Position numbers and translations under genes: made by a program | The notes under the pieces: generated by a model | Databases searched by the model: none | Seen by the model: only the letters and a program-made list of their open reading frames with translations | What the model was told of the DNA's origin: nothing | NCBI GenBank assembly: GCA_002503985.1 | Contig: DASW01000006.1 | Location: 30,080-94,079 of the forward strand | Reading direction: 5' to 3' | Length of the DNA: 64,000 nt | Source: Thermoplasmata archaeon UBA61 | GTDB lineage: Archaea > Thermoplasmatota > Thermoplasmata > Lutacidiplasmatales > UBA184 | Shown here: positions 10,078 through 19,136 of the stretch, piece by piece | Layout of the letters: each line of letters begins with the position of its first letter | Numbering within the stretch: position 1 is the first letter of the stretch

Positions 10078-10450
10078 TACGCTAGCACTCCGGGGAAGGG
10101 AGCGCGCAGCGAAGTCGGCTCGTACGATCTGACCTGCCAGCATTCTCTCCCTCCTCGGTCATTGCCTCACCTCTATCGACCCGGGTCCCCTACATAAGAA
10201 CGCCGTCAATCGTGAAGGGGGTAGACCCCTTCCGGTAACCTGGGAACCCGCTCTTACACCCCCTTGCTTCCAGTGTCGGACGTTTGTCTGACCACTGACG
10301 TGCCGGATGGGTTTTCCTAGGGTGAGAGCAGGGGGGACGATCCGCGGACTCGGCTGCCCCTGCTGTGAGCCACTTTAGCACCCCCGGGGAGGGGGGCGAG
10401 GGCCCCTTTCCGGGACGGCCTTAATGGCCCGACCGACCTAGGGCAGACCC

Positions 10451-11367
10451 GTGGCGCGCCTGCAGGTTCTGGACACCCTTCCGGCCTTCGAAAGGTACTG
10501 GCGAGGCGCTTCGTCGAAGCCGCTCGAGGTCCAGATTGACCGTTGGGAGCACGAGTACATGGCTGCCTGGCCGGAGCTCCTGGAGAAGCTGAGACGCAAC
10601 TACTCCGAGCTTGGAGTGGATAGGAACACATCGCCGCGACCCGGATCTTCCCGCACCTGCCCGAGAGAATGCCTCGGATCCGTCGCCTCCACCGGACCCT
10701 TCTGAGGACCCTTCCCGATTCTTGGAGGAGGACCCAACAGGTCCTGAACGTGGACTTCCCGGTGCGATTCTTGATCTACGTGGGAATCGGGGTGGGGGCC
10801 GGTTGGGCCACCCAGTACGGCGGCCAACCCGCCTGCCTGTTCGGCCTCGAGAACGCGGCGGAGCTGGCCTCCGGGAAGGATGCGGCGATGCCCGGCACGG
10901 TCTCGCACGAGGTCGCCCACCTTGCCCACGACGAGTGGAGGCGACGGAGGGGACTACGAGGCATCGTGGGACCGAGCGGACCGTTCTGGCAACTCTACGA
11001 GGAGGGGTTCGCGACGGAGTGCGAACGTCGCATCGAAGACCCCCGCTCGTTCCGGCTCCGGACCGGCCGCGCGGACTGGTTACCGTGGTGCACCCGGCAT
11101 CGGGCCTGGCTCGCCGCTAAGTTCCTCCGCGATGCGGGGGCGCGTCGATCGATGCGCCCGTTCTTTGGCTCGTGGTACAACATCCGCGGCCACATCGACT
11201 CTGGCTACTATCTCGGGCAAGAGATGGTCCGGGAGTGGACCGAGACCGCCTCATTGCGGGAGGTGGCCCTGCTACCCGAACCCGCGGTCCGAAGAAAGGC
11301 GAGGTTGACCTTGCGCCGGTGGGCGGAGGGCGAGCACACCCTACGGAAGGGCGCCCGCGTTCGATGA
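10451..11367 (+). pseudogene. HExxH putative zinc peptidase (DUF2268-like), apparently frameshifted
   Basis: A frame-2 ORF (10451-10705) has a protein-like N-terminus and its own TATA-like box (cttaatgg, 10420-10427) about 25 nt upstream. A frame-1 ORF (10669-11367) carries the HEVAHLAHDE zinc motif. The two frames overlap over 10624-10705, and frame 1 has a stop at 10621-10623. This points to a 1-nt indel. Confidence 0.4.
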
Positions 11368-11445
11368 CCGGCCGCGAGGGGCTCGCCGCTGACGGAAACC
11401 CCCTTAGCGCACCCCGACCTGGACCGGTCCGAGGATAGGGGACGA

Positions 11446-11667
11446 ATGAAGGAATACCGGATCCTGAGGGAGATCGAGAACGCACGGATCGGACCGAACA
11501 ACCACCAGCTCCTCGAGGACAAGATCAACGAACTCGCCCGGGACGGGTGGGTCGTGAGTTCCTTCGGGGTCACCCACGCGACCTCGGGCGTCGGTCCGAT
11601 GGTTTCGACGAACGCCTGGTTCTGCGCGCTTCTCGAGCGGGAAACTAAGAAGGCCGGCGCTCGCTAG
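11446..11667 (+). CDS. DUF4177-like small protein
   Basis: 73 aa. Shows the KEYRIL.....G.......LN.LA.DGWVV.S pattern of DUF4177. Confidence 0.45.
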   Translation: MKEYRILREIENARIGPNNHQLLEDKINELARDGWVVSSFGVTHATSGVGPMVSTNAWFCALLERETKKAGAR

Positions 11668-12545
11668 GGAAGGCGGAGCTCGCCTTGGACCACGGGCGCG
11701 AAGAACCCTCCCACCCGCACGTTGGTCACCTTCTCCCCCGAGCGGTCGGCTCGGGCGGAGATACGGCTCGTTCGATGGCACTCGATCCCCTGTTCGATCT
11801 CGACCGGTGAACCCGACGCGACCAGTCCGTTCCGGACCATCCACGCGGCGGCGGGGCCGGCCGCGGAACCCGTGGCGGGGTCGTCCCCTCCGTAGAACAC
11901 CATCCGCGCGTGAAGGTGCGCGTCGCCGGCCACGGTCTTTCGACAGACCGCGTAGAAGAACTGCGCATCCGTCGTCGTGAGGTATTTCTCCAGTCGGTTC
12001 CAATCGGGAGCCCAGTTCTGGAGCGCTTCCAATCGGACGAAGGGGACGATCGCGAACGGAATTCCCGTGGACACCGTCTGGATAGGCAGGTCCTTCTCGA
12101 GCTCGGCGAGGGGGACACCCAACGCGTCCGCCACGCGCTCCGGCTCGTGGACGCGACCGAACGTGGGCTCGATCTGGGTCATCTCTCCGAAGGTTCGGCC
12201 CCCGCGGTCCGAGAAGCGGACCGGCACGGGTCCGACATTGAGCTCGAGAACTACCTCGTCCCCGGCACCCTGCCCTCGGAGCACAGCGGCCGTTCCGAGC
12301 GTGGGATGGCCGGCGAACGGCATCTCCTCCCTCGTCGAGAAGATCCTCGTTCGGAAGCCCCGCGTGCGTTCCACGGATTTCTCACGACGGAGCACGAAAG
12401 TCGTCTCGGAGAGGTTGAACTCGCGTGCGATCGCGAGCATCTCGGCGTCGGTCAGTCCGGTCGCATCGGGGAGGACCGCGAGCGGGTTCCCTTCGAGCGG
12501 CGTCGTCGTGAAAACGTCGATCGTGGCGAAGGAGAACCGTCGCAT
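11664..12545 (-). CDS. PhzF-family isomerase (phenazine biosynthesis-like)
   Basis: MRRFSFATIDVFTTTPLEGNPLAVL....L.D.EMLAIAREFNLSETTFV is the canonical PhzF N-terminus. 293 aa. Confidence 0.8.
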   Translation of the reverse strand: MRRFSFATIDVFTTTPLEGNPLAVLPDATGLTDAEMLAIAREFNLSETTFVLRREKSVERTRGFRTRIFSTREEMPFAGHPTLGTAAVLRGQGAGDEVVLELNVGPVPVRFSDRGGRTFGEMTQIEPTFGRVHEPERVADALGVPLAELEKDLPIQTVSTGIPFAIVPFVRLEALQNWAPDWNRLEKYLTTTDAQFFYAVCRKTVAGDAHLHARMVFYGGDDPATGSAAGPAAAWMVRNGLVASGSPVEIEQGIECHRTSRISARADRSGEKVTNVRVGGFFAPVVQGELRLP

Positions 12546-12653
12546 CGAGGGGGTTGGGCCTGGGTTCCCTATTACGGTTCCATCGGGGTGGTTCTGTCCG
12601 CGTCGGTGACCGGAACGGGCCGGGAAGCGGAGAGAAGGACGCGGGCGGGGTCA

Positions 12654-13463
12654 CTAGGGCGCGCGCCCTGTCCCTAGGTCGATCCAGACTCCCTCGCTGA
12701 CCTTTTGGTAGCCGAGCCGATCGTACACCCGGATCGCCACGTCATTGTCCTGCCGCACGTAGAGGCCGACACATCCGACCGCGTTCAGGGCCTCCCTCGT
12801 GACTGCCGACGTCACTTGGGCCGCGTAGCCTTTCCCGCGGTGGCTGGGGAGGGTTCGGACACCGCCTACGATCCATACCTCGGGGGTCCTCACCAACGTG
12901 CCGGCCGCGGAGACCAGAGCGGTATCCTCGAAGATCCCATAGACGACCTCGTCGTCCAAGTGCCGGCGGTGTTCCTCCATCACCTGCTCATTGAGGGGAC
13001 TGGTACGCGAAGCGACCAGCCGAGCATACTCTTCGGCATGCTTTCCGGTCAACCGGACCGCGCGGGTCGAGAGGACCGGTCGCGCCGACCCCTTCTCGGC
13101 CGCCATGATGTTCTCGGGGTAGATGCCGCTCGTCTCGAACCGACCGGTTACCTGCGGCGCGAGCGCGGGCTCCGTGATGACGACCGCGTTCCGGGCCGGA
13201 AGATGCGCGAGCAGCGCTTCGGTCGCATCGGGTCTTCCGAACAGATGGACCCACTTCACCCCGAGCTCGCGAGCGTCGTGGACGAGCAGGTGCGCGCGAA
13301 GCTGACCGTCCACTCGCGCGGTCCACAGTTCCGTTCGAGCGGTTTCGTGGGAGAGGTCGTGGAGCACGAAGGCGTTCCGAAGGGGGTCCGAGCCCAGGTA
13401 CGACCTCAGCTCGTCGGTGACGTCCCGTACCGACTCCACCACCGTGGAACCTCTACCGGGCAT
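12654..13463 (-). CDS. GNAT-family N-acetyltransferase
   Basis: C-terminal acetyl-CoA site HRGKGYAAQV...N..A.RVYDRLGY. Confidence 0.7.
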   Translation of the reverse strand: MPGRGSTVVESVRDVTDELRSYLGSDPLRNAFVLHDLSHETARTELWTARVDGQLRAHLLVHDARELGVKWVHLFGRPDATEALLAHLPARNAVVITEPALAPQVTGRFETSGIYPENIMAAEKGSARPVLSTRAVRLTGKHAEEYARLVASRTSPLNEQVMEEHRRHLDDEVVYGIFEDTALVSAAGTLVRTPEVWIVGGVRTLPSHRGKGYAAQVTSAVTREALNAVGCVGLYVRQDNDVAIRVYDRLGYQKVSEGVWIDLGTGRAP

Positions 13464-13731
13464 CCCGGGCGAGAGCAGCTCGTCCCGCTATCAAGTCACC
13501 CGTTCGCGGGCCCCCGAAGCCCTGTCCCCAGGGCGAACGTGGTTCCGCCACCGAGGAGGCTTGACGAGTCGGTGCGACCGAAGTAGGACCCGGACTACAC
13601 CTCGCCCGTGCCTCATCTTTAAGAGAAGAGCGCGGAATCGGTCGCTCACGAACGGCGACCTTCGAGACCACGAAGCCGACCTGACGCGCGTCCTCCGACG
13701 CATCGAAAGCCGCACGGCCTTCGCCGAGGCG

Positions 13732-15045
13732 ATGGCGCAGCGGGTGCGGGGAGAGAACATGAACCTCGACTCGAAGTCCCTCAGCACCTCCGCTACTACT
13801 CCGTGGCTCGGGGTCGCGTTCCGGGCGTGGTCCGGGACGCGCTGGGTGGAGACCGCGGTCTCCGGGTTGGACGGTCGCGCGCTCGCTGTCGCCGCCGAGG
13901 CCCTAGAATCGCAGCTCGCCACCGGCCGGACGGGGGGCCCGCCCCCCGGACCGGCGGCCACGACCGTCGGGTCGTTCGACACGGCCCCGCCGCGGCCGAT
14001 GCGGGACCTGGGGACCGAGGGAACGCTCGCGCGGGTTCGAGAGCTGTTCCGATGGGCCACCGATGACCCGATGATCAAGTTCGTGCGGGTGGGTCTCAGC
14101 TGGAACGAGGAGGAGCGGCACTATCTCAACACCGCCGGAGCCAACTGTTACCAACGTTTCGACCGGGTTCGGGTCGGTGTCATTCCGGTCGCGATCGAGA
14201 ACGGTCGCTCGGAGTACGACGTTCTTCAGGTCGGCAGCCTAGGAGGCCAAGAGCTTCTCGATTCTCTCACCGAGACCCGGGTCCACCAGGCCACCGCCAT
14301 GGCCAAGGCGCTCCTGAAGTCCCGAGCTCCTCCGAGCGGGCTGATGAACGTCCTGCTCGACCCCGGGACCACCGGGACGTTCGCCCACGAATCCTTCGGT
14401 CATGGGGCAGAGGCCGACCAGTTCGTTCGGAACCGGTCGTACCTGCAGCCGCTGCTGGGAAAAACGATCGCACCGGAATTCCTGACCCTCGTGGACGACG
14501 GCTCTATTCCGGGCGCGTGGGGTTCCATCCATTTCGATGACGAGGGCCACCCGAGCCAGCGTACGCTGCTCGTGGACCACGGACGTTTCGTCGGGGCTCT
14601 CCACGACCGCGGCACGGCGTTCGCATTGGGGGCCTCACCGACCGGCAACACCCGACGGTCCGATTTCCTCGGGCAGGCGTTCGTGCGGATGACCAACACC
14701 TTGATCGAGCCGGGAGACTGGAACCTCGAAGAGCTGGTCCGCGAGACGCGCGACGGGGTCCTGCTCGAGCGTTGGGAGAGTGGGATGGAGGACCCCCTCG
14801 GGGGACAGATGCAGTTGAAGGTCCGTCGGGGTCACCGGATCGAGAACGGGCAGCTCACCGACCTCGTCTCGGCCATGGTCCTGTCGGGAGGCGTTCTCCA
14901 GTTCCTCCGGGACATTCGGGGGATCGCGAAGGACGAGAACCCCGAGATCGCGGCAGGGTACTGCGGCAAAGGCTACGGAGACCTCCTGCCCGTGGGCGAC
15001 GGGGGAGCGTACCTCCTTTCGCGAGCCTTGGTGGGGCCGTCATGA
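13732..15045 (+). CDS. tldD: TldD-family metallopeptidase
   Basis: Carries the HE..GHGAE motif (FAHESFGHGAEAD) and C-terminal GG.Y....G TldD/PmbA signatures. The start was set at the first ATG after the upstream GNAT gene (13732), because the listed 13417 start overlaps that gene. Confidence 0.8.
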   Translation: MAQRVRGENMNLDSKSLSTSATTPWLGVAFRAWSGTRWVETAVSGLDGRALAVAAEALESQLATGRTGGPPPGPAATTVGSFDTAPPRPMRDLGTEGTLARVRELFRWATDDPMIKFVRVGLSWNEEERHYLNTAGANCYQRFDRVRVGVIPVAIENGRSEYDVLQVGSLGGQELLDSLTETRVHQATAMAKALLKSRAPPSGLMNVLLDPGTTGTFAHESFGHGAEADQFVRNRSYLQPLLGKTIAPEFLTLVDDGSIPGAWGSIHFDDEGHPSQRTLLVDHGRFVGALHDRGTAFALGASPTGNTRRSDFLGQAFVRMTNTLIEPGDWNLEELVRETRDGVLLERWESGMEDPLGGQMQLKVRRGHRIENGQLTDLVSAMVLSGGVLQFLRDIRGIAKDENPEIAAGYCGKGYGDLLPVGDGGAYLLSRALVGPS

Positions 15046-16472
15046 GCGCTCCCTCCAACCTCGCCGCTCGGGTCGCGGACCGGTTGCGCGGGCTCGCCGG
15101 CCCCTGGGATGTATTCGCGGAGCACTCCCGCCGATTCGAGATCCATCTTAGCGGCACTCGCGTCGAGCTCACGCGGGGCCCGTTGGATCTCGAGGGGTTC
15201 GGCCTACGGCTCCTGCGCGCGGTCGAGGGGCAAACCGGCGTCGGCTTCCAGGCATCCACCGACTTTTCGGAACGCGGGGTCCGCACGGCGGTGGAGGAGG
15301 CCGAGACGTTCGCCCGGTTCAACCAGTTCCCGGCGAAACACCCCGAGCTGCCGGGCGGGCGCCCATCGACCGGGGACGGAGCCAAGATCGTCGACCCGGC
15401 CCTGTGGTCCGACCCGGCCGGCGCGCTCGAACGGTACGGGGCCGCCCTCCTGGCCGCGTTCGAGGGACGGAACGGCGTCGTCCCGAGCTTCAGCTCTATC
15501 AAGGCAACACTCACCGAGGCCTCGGTCGCGAACTCGACAGGCCTCACCTATGCCTACGCGCACACCGCGGTCGAGACGGAGGTTGCGGTGAAGGCGTTCG
15601 GAGGGCCCGAAGGACGGCCCCCCGGGGAATATTGGTTCAGCGACCTCGGACGTCGCCTCGACCCCGGTCCGCTCCCAACCCTTGCGGCCGATTGGGCACG
15701 GTTCGCCGAGGACGCCCGTCGCGCCAAGTCGCCGCCGAACGGAGAGGTCCCGGTCGTACTCCCACCCGACGTGCTCGCGGGGATCGTTCCGGCGGTCGTG
15801 CGCTTCCAGTTCGGCGCTTCGGCGCGGCTGCGGGGTCTCGGGGTCGTGTCGGAGTCGCAGGTTGGGGCCGAGGGCCTGGATGTATTCGACGACGGGCTGC
15901 TCGACTGGGGGGTCGGTTCGTCCCCCGTCGACGACGAGGGTACCCCTCAGCGGAAGCGCAAGCTCATCTCGAACGGACGGGCGTCGCAGCTCCTCTACGA
16001 CGTGCTCCACGCCGACGCGTTGGGAGCTGCCTCCTCGGGAAACGGAGTGCGCACGTCCGGGTTCGACCCGGGCGCGAACCTCTGGTTGAAGTTCACGAGA
16101 CGCCCCGCGCCCGAAGCGAGCACGATCGTCATCCCGCCGGGAAACGGCGGAACCGATGCGGAGATCGTCGAGCAGGTCGACGACGGGGTCTGGGTGCAGC
16201 AAATCGCGTGGGCCCAACCGGACGAAATGGGCGGACGGTTCGGGGGCGAGATCCGTATCGGCTACCGCATTCGCCACGGAAAGCTGGCGGAGCCCGTACG
16301 GGGCGGCACCGTCGGCGGAGGCGTCGTCACTCGCGAAGGAACTCCATCCCTCCTGCACGACCTCTCGGTGATCGGGTCGAGGCCCAAGCTGATGGGGAGC
16401 CTATCGAGCCCGACGCTGCTGGTCCGAAACCTTTCGGTGTCGGGCGACGACCATGCACCCGCCCCCCCTTGA
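15042..16472 (+). CDS. pmbA: PmbA/TldE-family metallopeptidase partner
   Basis: The ATG at 15042 overlaps the tldD stop (ATGA). The N-terminus MSAPSNLAARVADRL....DVFAEHS.RFEIHL is PmbA-like and collinear with the TldD/PmbA fold. Length is 476 aa. Confidence 0.8.
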   Translation: MSAPSNLAARVADRLRGLAGPWDVFAEHSRRFEIHLSGTRVELTRGPLDLEGFGLRLLRAVEGQTGVGFQASTDFSERGVRTAVEEAETFARFNQFPAKHPELPGGRPSTGDGAKIVDPALWSDPAGALERYGAALLAAFEGRNGVVPSFSSIKATLTEASVANSTGLTYAYAHTAVETEVAVKAFGGPEGRPPGEYWFSDLGRRLDPGPLPTLAADWARFAEDARRAKSPPNGEVPVVLPPDVLAGIVPAVVRFQFGASARLRGLGVVSESQVGAEGLDVFDDGLLDWGVGSSPVDDEGTPQRKRKLISNGRASQLLYDVLHADALGAASSGNGVRTSGFDPGANLWLKFTRRPAPEASTIVIPPGNGGTDAEIVEQVDDGVWVQQIAWAQPDEMGGRFGGEIRIGYRIRHGKLAEPVRGGTVGGGVVTREGTPSLLHDLSVIGSRPKLMGSLSSPTLLVRNLSVSGDDHAPAPP

Positions 16473-16606
16473 CCCGTCGGAAGAACGGTGAACCCGCCGG
16501 TCCCCGCGCACCGAGCCTCCCGCCAGACTATTTGCTGTCCCCGGCTCTTCCCGCCCGCGTGACCTTCCCTACCTCGGACCCCGGGTGGGGTCCTCGCGGA
16601 CGGGCG

Positions 16607-17608
16607 ATGCCTCGCCCCTTAGCGCGATGGGTCGTCGTGGGGGCGCTTGTGGTGGCGTTCCTCACCGCGATCCCCGTGGTTTCCCTGGGAGTTTCCGCGA
16701 TCGGTCAAGATCGCGGTCCTTCCGCAGCCCCTTCCGAAACGGGACATCGGCTGCTGCCGCAGGCGTGCCGGCCGCTCGTTACCTGTTCCCAGCTTTCGGG
16801 ACGGGCCAAGAACCCCGAAGGAGGGGGGCCGGCCGATTTCCAACCGGACCACGTCGTGGCCTGGTCGCAGTTCGCTTCCCCCCCGGCCGGCTTCGGAGTG
16901 GACGGCGGAATGGTCGCGAACGCGTCGAGCGGAGAAGCCGTCGCGTTCGGGGGAGTGAGCGCGGGCGTCCTCGTCAACTCGACCTTCGTCTACACGGCGG
17001 CAACGAACCGCTGGTCCCCCCTGAATCCCCCCACGACGCCGAGCCCCCGGAGCGATTTCGACATCGCCTTCGACCCGGCGACCGGTAACGCGACCCTGTT
17101 CGGGGGATTGACGAACCTCACGAGCCTGAGCGTCTCCAACCAGACCTGGACCTACCACTTCGGGTCCGAGCGCTGGACCCTATCGACCGGAACCCCGGCG
17201 CCGCCGGCCCGTGAAGCGGCCGCGTTCGCCATCGACCCGAGCCTCGGAGTGGGCTTCCTGTTCGGGGGAGGGGTCGCCATCGGTGCCGTGGTCCTGGCGC
17301 TCGGCCTCACCGGTGATCTGGCCGTCGCCTTCGCCCTGATGCTCGGGCTGGGCGTGACCCTCGCGGTCACCAACATTCCGATCAACGTGGTATTGCAGGC
17401 CAAGATCCCCGGACGACTGCTCGGGCGGGTGGGAGCCGCGTTCGGCGCCCTCGTCACGGGAGTCAGTCCCGCGGGCCCCATCTTCGCGGGGTGGTTGGCC
17501 CAGAGATGGTCCGTGGGTGGCGTCTTCGTGTTGTCCGGGGCTGTCATTATGGTCGTGATCGGCGTGGGCGCCGTGACCATGCCTTCCCTGCGGTCCGTCG
17601 AGTACTAG
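16607..17608 (+). CDS. Chimeric ORF: TM/signal-anchored Kelch-like repeat region fused to an MFS-transporter-like C-terminal two-helix tail (possible gene remnant)
   Basis: Kelch-like blades (GGMV..., TLFGG, GFLFGGG with W/Y spacing) are followed by NIPINVVLQAKIPGRLLGRVGAAFGALVTGVSPAGPIFAGWLAQRW, which is typical of the last loop and helices of MFS transporters. The listed 734-aa ORF (15404-17608) is a GC-rich open frame running over pmbA and was rejected. Confidence 0.4.
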   Translation: MPRPLARWVVVGALVVAFLTAIPVVSLGVSAIGQDRGPSAAPSETGHRLLPQACRPLVTCSQLSGRAKNPEGGGPADFQPDHVVAWSQFASPPAGFGVDGGMVANASSGEAVAFGGVSAGVLVNSTFVYTAATNRWSPLNPPTTPSPRSDFDIAFDPATGNATLFGGLTNLTSLSVSNQTWTYHFGSERWTLSTGTPAPPAREAAAFAIDPSLGVGFLFGGGVAIGAVVLALGLTGDLAVAFALMLGLGVTLAVTNIPINVVLQAKIPGRLLGRVGAAFGALVTGVSPAGPIFAGWLAQRWSVGGVFVLSGAVIMVVIGVGAVTMPSLRSVEY

Positions 17609-17910
17609 CCGATTCGACCCTCCCCCAGACCGCGGGACCCGTCGACCTCGCTCGCACAAAGCCGGGTCGCGCGGGCTCGATGATCGACCGCGGGGGCTTC
17701 CCGTGGGGCATCCCGATCAGAATCCGGGCACTCGGCGTACCGTGACTCCCGGGAGGCCCACGGAATAGCGAGGAGGGGACCTGAGGAAAGACTTCAAGGG
17801 AGCGTTCCGTTCTTAACCTGACGTCACTCGGCCGGTCACCTTGACGCCAGGCTCCTTCACATCAGAGCTGGCACGGATTCCCGTCAGGCTTATGGACCGC
17901 ACCTGTGCGG

Positions 17911-17918
17911 TTTATCTA
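17911..17918 (+). promoter_or_regulatory. TATA-like box (tttatcta) for the peptidase gene. Spacing implies a leaderless mRNA.
   Basis: An AT-rich octamer in GC-rich DNA sits 19-26 nt upstream of ATG 17937. Confidence 0.5.
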
Positions 17919-17936
17919 CCATGATTCCATGGCCCT

Positions 17937-18893
17937 ATGGGGGAATTCGTCTTGGACGAGAGTCGAGGAAAGAGAGAGACTTGGCGGAAAGAGAATCGAG
18001 GCACGCCGAAGGCCCTAACGCTCGCCGTCGTCGCCATGAGCGTGATGGGATTCGGTCTCGTCGGGGCGTTCCTGGCGGGAAACGCCGTGGCCAGTAAGGT
18101 CGCGCAGTCGGCCGGCATGGGACCCGCCGCGCCGGCGCTCGCCGCGATCTTCCATGGTCCGGGAGTTCAGATGAGCGCTGTCAAGACCACCAGCGGTAAC
18201 TGGGCCGGCTACGCCGACACCGTTCCGTCCACAGCCTATGGAACGATCACCGAGGCCTTTGGTGAGTGGGTAGTCCCATCGATCAATTGCGCCAAGGCGC
18301 ACGGAGCATCGCTCAACGACAACTGGGTGGGGATTGACGGGTACGGCACCGGCACGGTAGAGCAGGCCGGCACGCTCGGCTACTGCTCGAGCTCGACCGC
18401 GACCCCGTACTACTACGACTGGTTCGAGTTCTACCCGTACAGCGCTTCCGTCGGTGAGTTCTATGTCGCCGCGGGGGACGTGATTAACGCGTACGTCCTC
18501 TACAACCCGTACGTGACCATCGGCAACGGATCCGGGATTTACACCCTGGTCGTGAACGACCTGTCCGACTACTCCGCTTCGTTCTCGGTGACCGGCACCC
18601 CGAATGCGTGCACCGCAACGGGCTGTGAGACCGGACCGGACGGCTCGGCCGAGTGCATCTCGGAGCAGGCCAGCCAGTACCTGGCCGATTACGGCACGAC
18701 GGGGTTCGTCTCGTGTGACTCCACGATCGGGGGAACCTGGTCGGGGATCGGAGGCCACGGAACCCACGCGACCCTCTACGAGATCAGCCAGAAGGAGGGC
18801 GTCAGCGGCAAGGTCGACCAGACGCCGAGCAAACTAACAACCTACGACTACAAGGACGACTACTTCACCATCACCTGGAAGCACTACGACTAG
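17937..18893 (+). CDS. Secreted/anchored peptidase G1 (eqolisin, scytalidoglutamic-peptidase-like)
   Basis: Has an N-terminal TM or signal segment (LAVVAMSVMGFGLVGAFLAG). It is followed by TTSGNWAGYA, the hallmark start of mature G1 glutamic peptidases, and a Gly/Thr/Ser-rich beta-sandwich-like body. Confidence 0.6.
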   Translation: MGEFVLDESRGKRETWRKENRGTPKALTLAVVAMSVMGFGLVGAFLAGNAVASKVAQSAGMGPAAPALAAIFHGPGVQMSAVKTTSGNWAGYADTVPSTAYGTITEAFGEWVVPSINCAKAHGASLNDNWVGIDGYGTGTVEQAGTLGYCSSSTATPYYYDWFEFYPYSASVGEFYVAAGDVINAYVLYNPYVTIGNGSGIYTLVVNDLSDYSASFSVTGTPNACTATGCETGPDGSAECISEQASQYLADYGTTGFVSCDSTIGGTWSGIGGHGTHATLYEISQKEGVSGKVDQTPSKLTTYDYKDDYFTITWKHYD

Positions 18894-19005
18894 TCGCAGA
18901 GGGTAGGAACCCTTTCGGGGTGTCGGGTCAACGCCCGACGCCCCTTCCTTCTTTTTAGACTACGAGACCGCTTAGGAGCGCCTCAAGCCCCCGCGGAGAG
19001 AGGAG

Positions 19006-19079
19006 AGCCAAGGGAGGGAATCGAACCCCCAGGAAACGGATCTGCAGTCCGTCGCATTAACCATTCTGCCACCTTGGCG
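19006..19079 (-). tRNA. tRNA-Cys (anticodon GCA)
   Basis: Folded by hand on the minus strand. It has a 7-bp acceptor (GCCAAGG/CCTTGGC), a D-arm GCAG..ATGC, an anticodon stem ACGGA/TCCGT with loop CTGCAGA (U33, GCA), a 5-nt variable loop, a T-arm GGGGG-TTCGATT-CCCTC, and discriminator U. CCA is not encoded. A TATA-like TTTTAAGG lies about 24 nt upstream (19103-19110). Confidence 0.8.
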
Positions 19080-19136
19080 CGATAGAGGGGAGGGGGACCC
19101 TTCCTTAAAACCGACGAGGGGGGAAGCGGGCCGAGC

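Noticed and set aside
9860-10450. Calling the long non-coding region RNase P RNA or SRP RNA
   Set aside because: Scanning both strands by eye did not find the P4 helix consensus (GGAAAGUCCGGGC / ACAG.A.CCGGCUUA). It also did not find a clean SRP helix-8 motif (GGAAG.AGCA with a closing stem). Only partial look-alikes were present, such as UAAGAGCG and CCGGAAGG. The region is left as an unassigned candidate.
15404-16606. A 734-aa ORF spanning pmbA in another frame
   Set aside because: Its translation is Arg/Gly/Pro-rich low-complexity sequence typical of an off-frame GC-rich ORF. Only the segment from ATG 16607 has protein-like composition.
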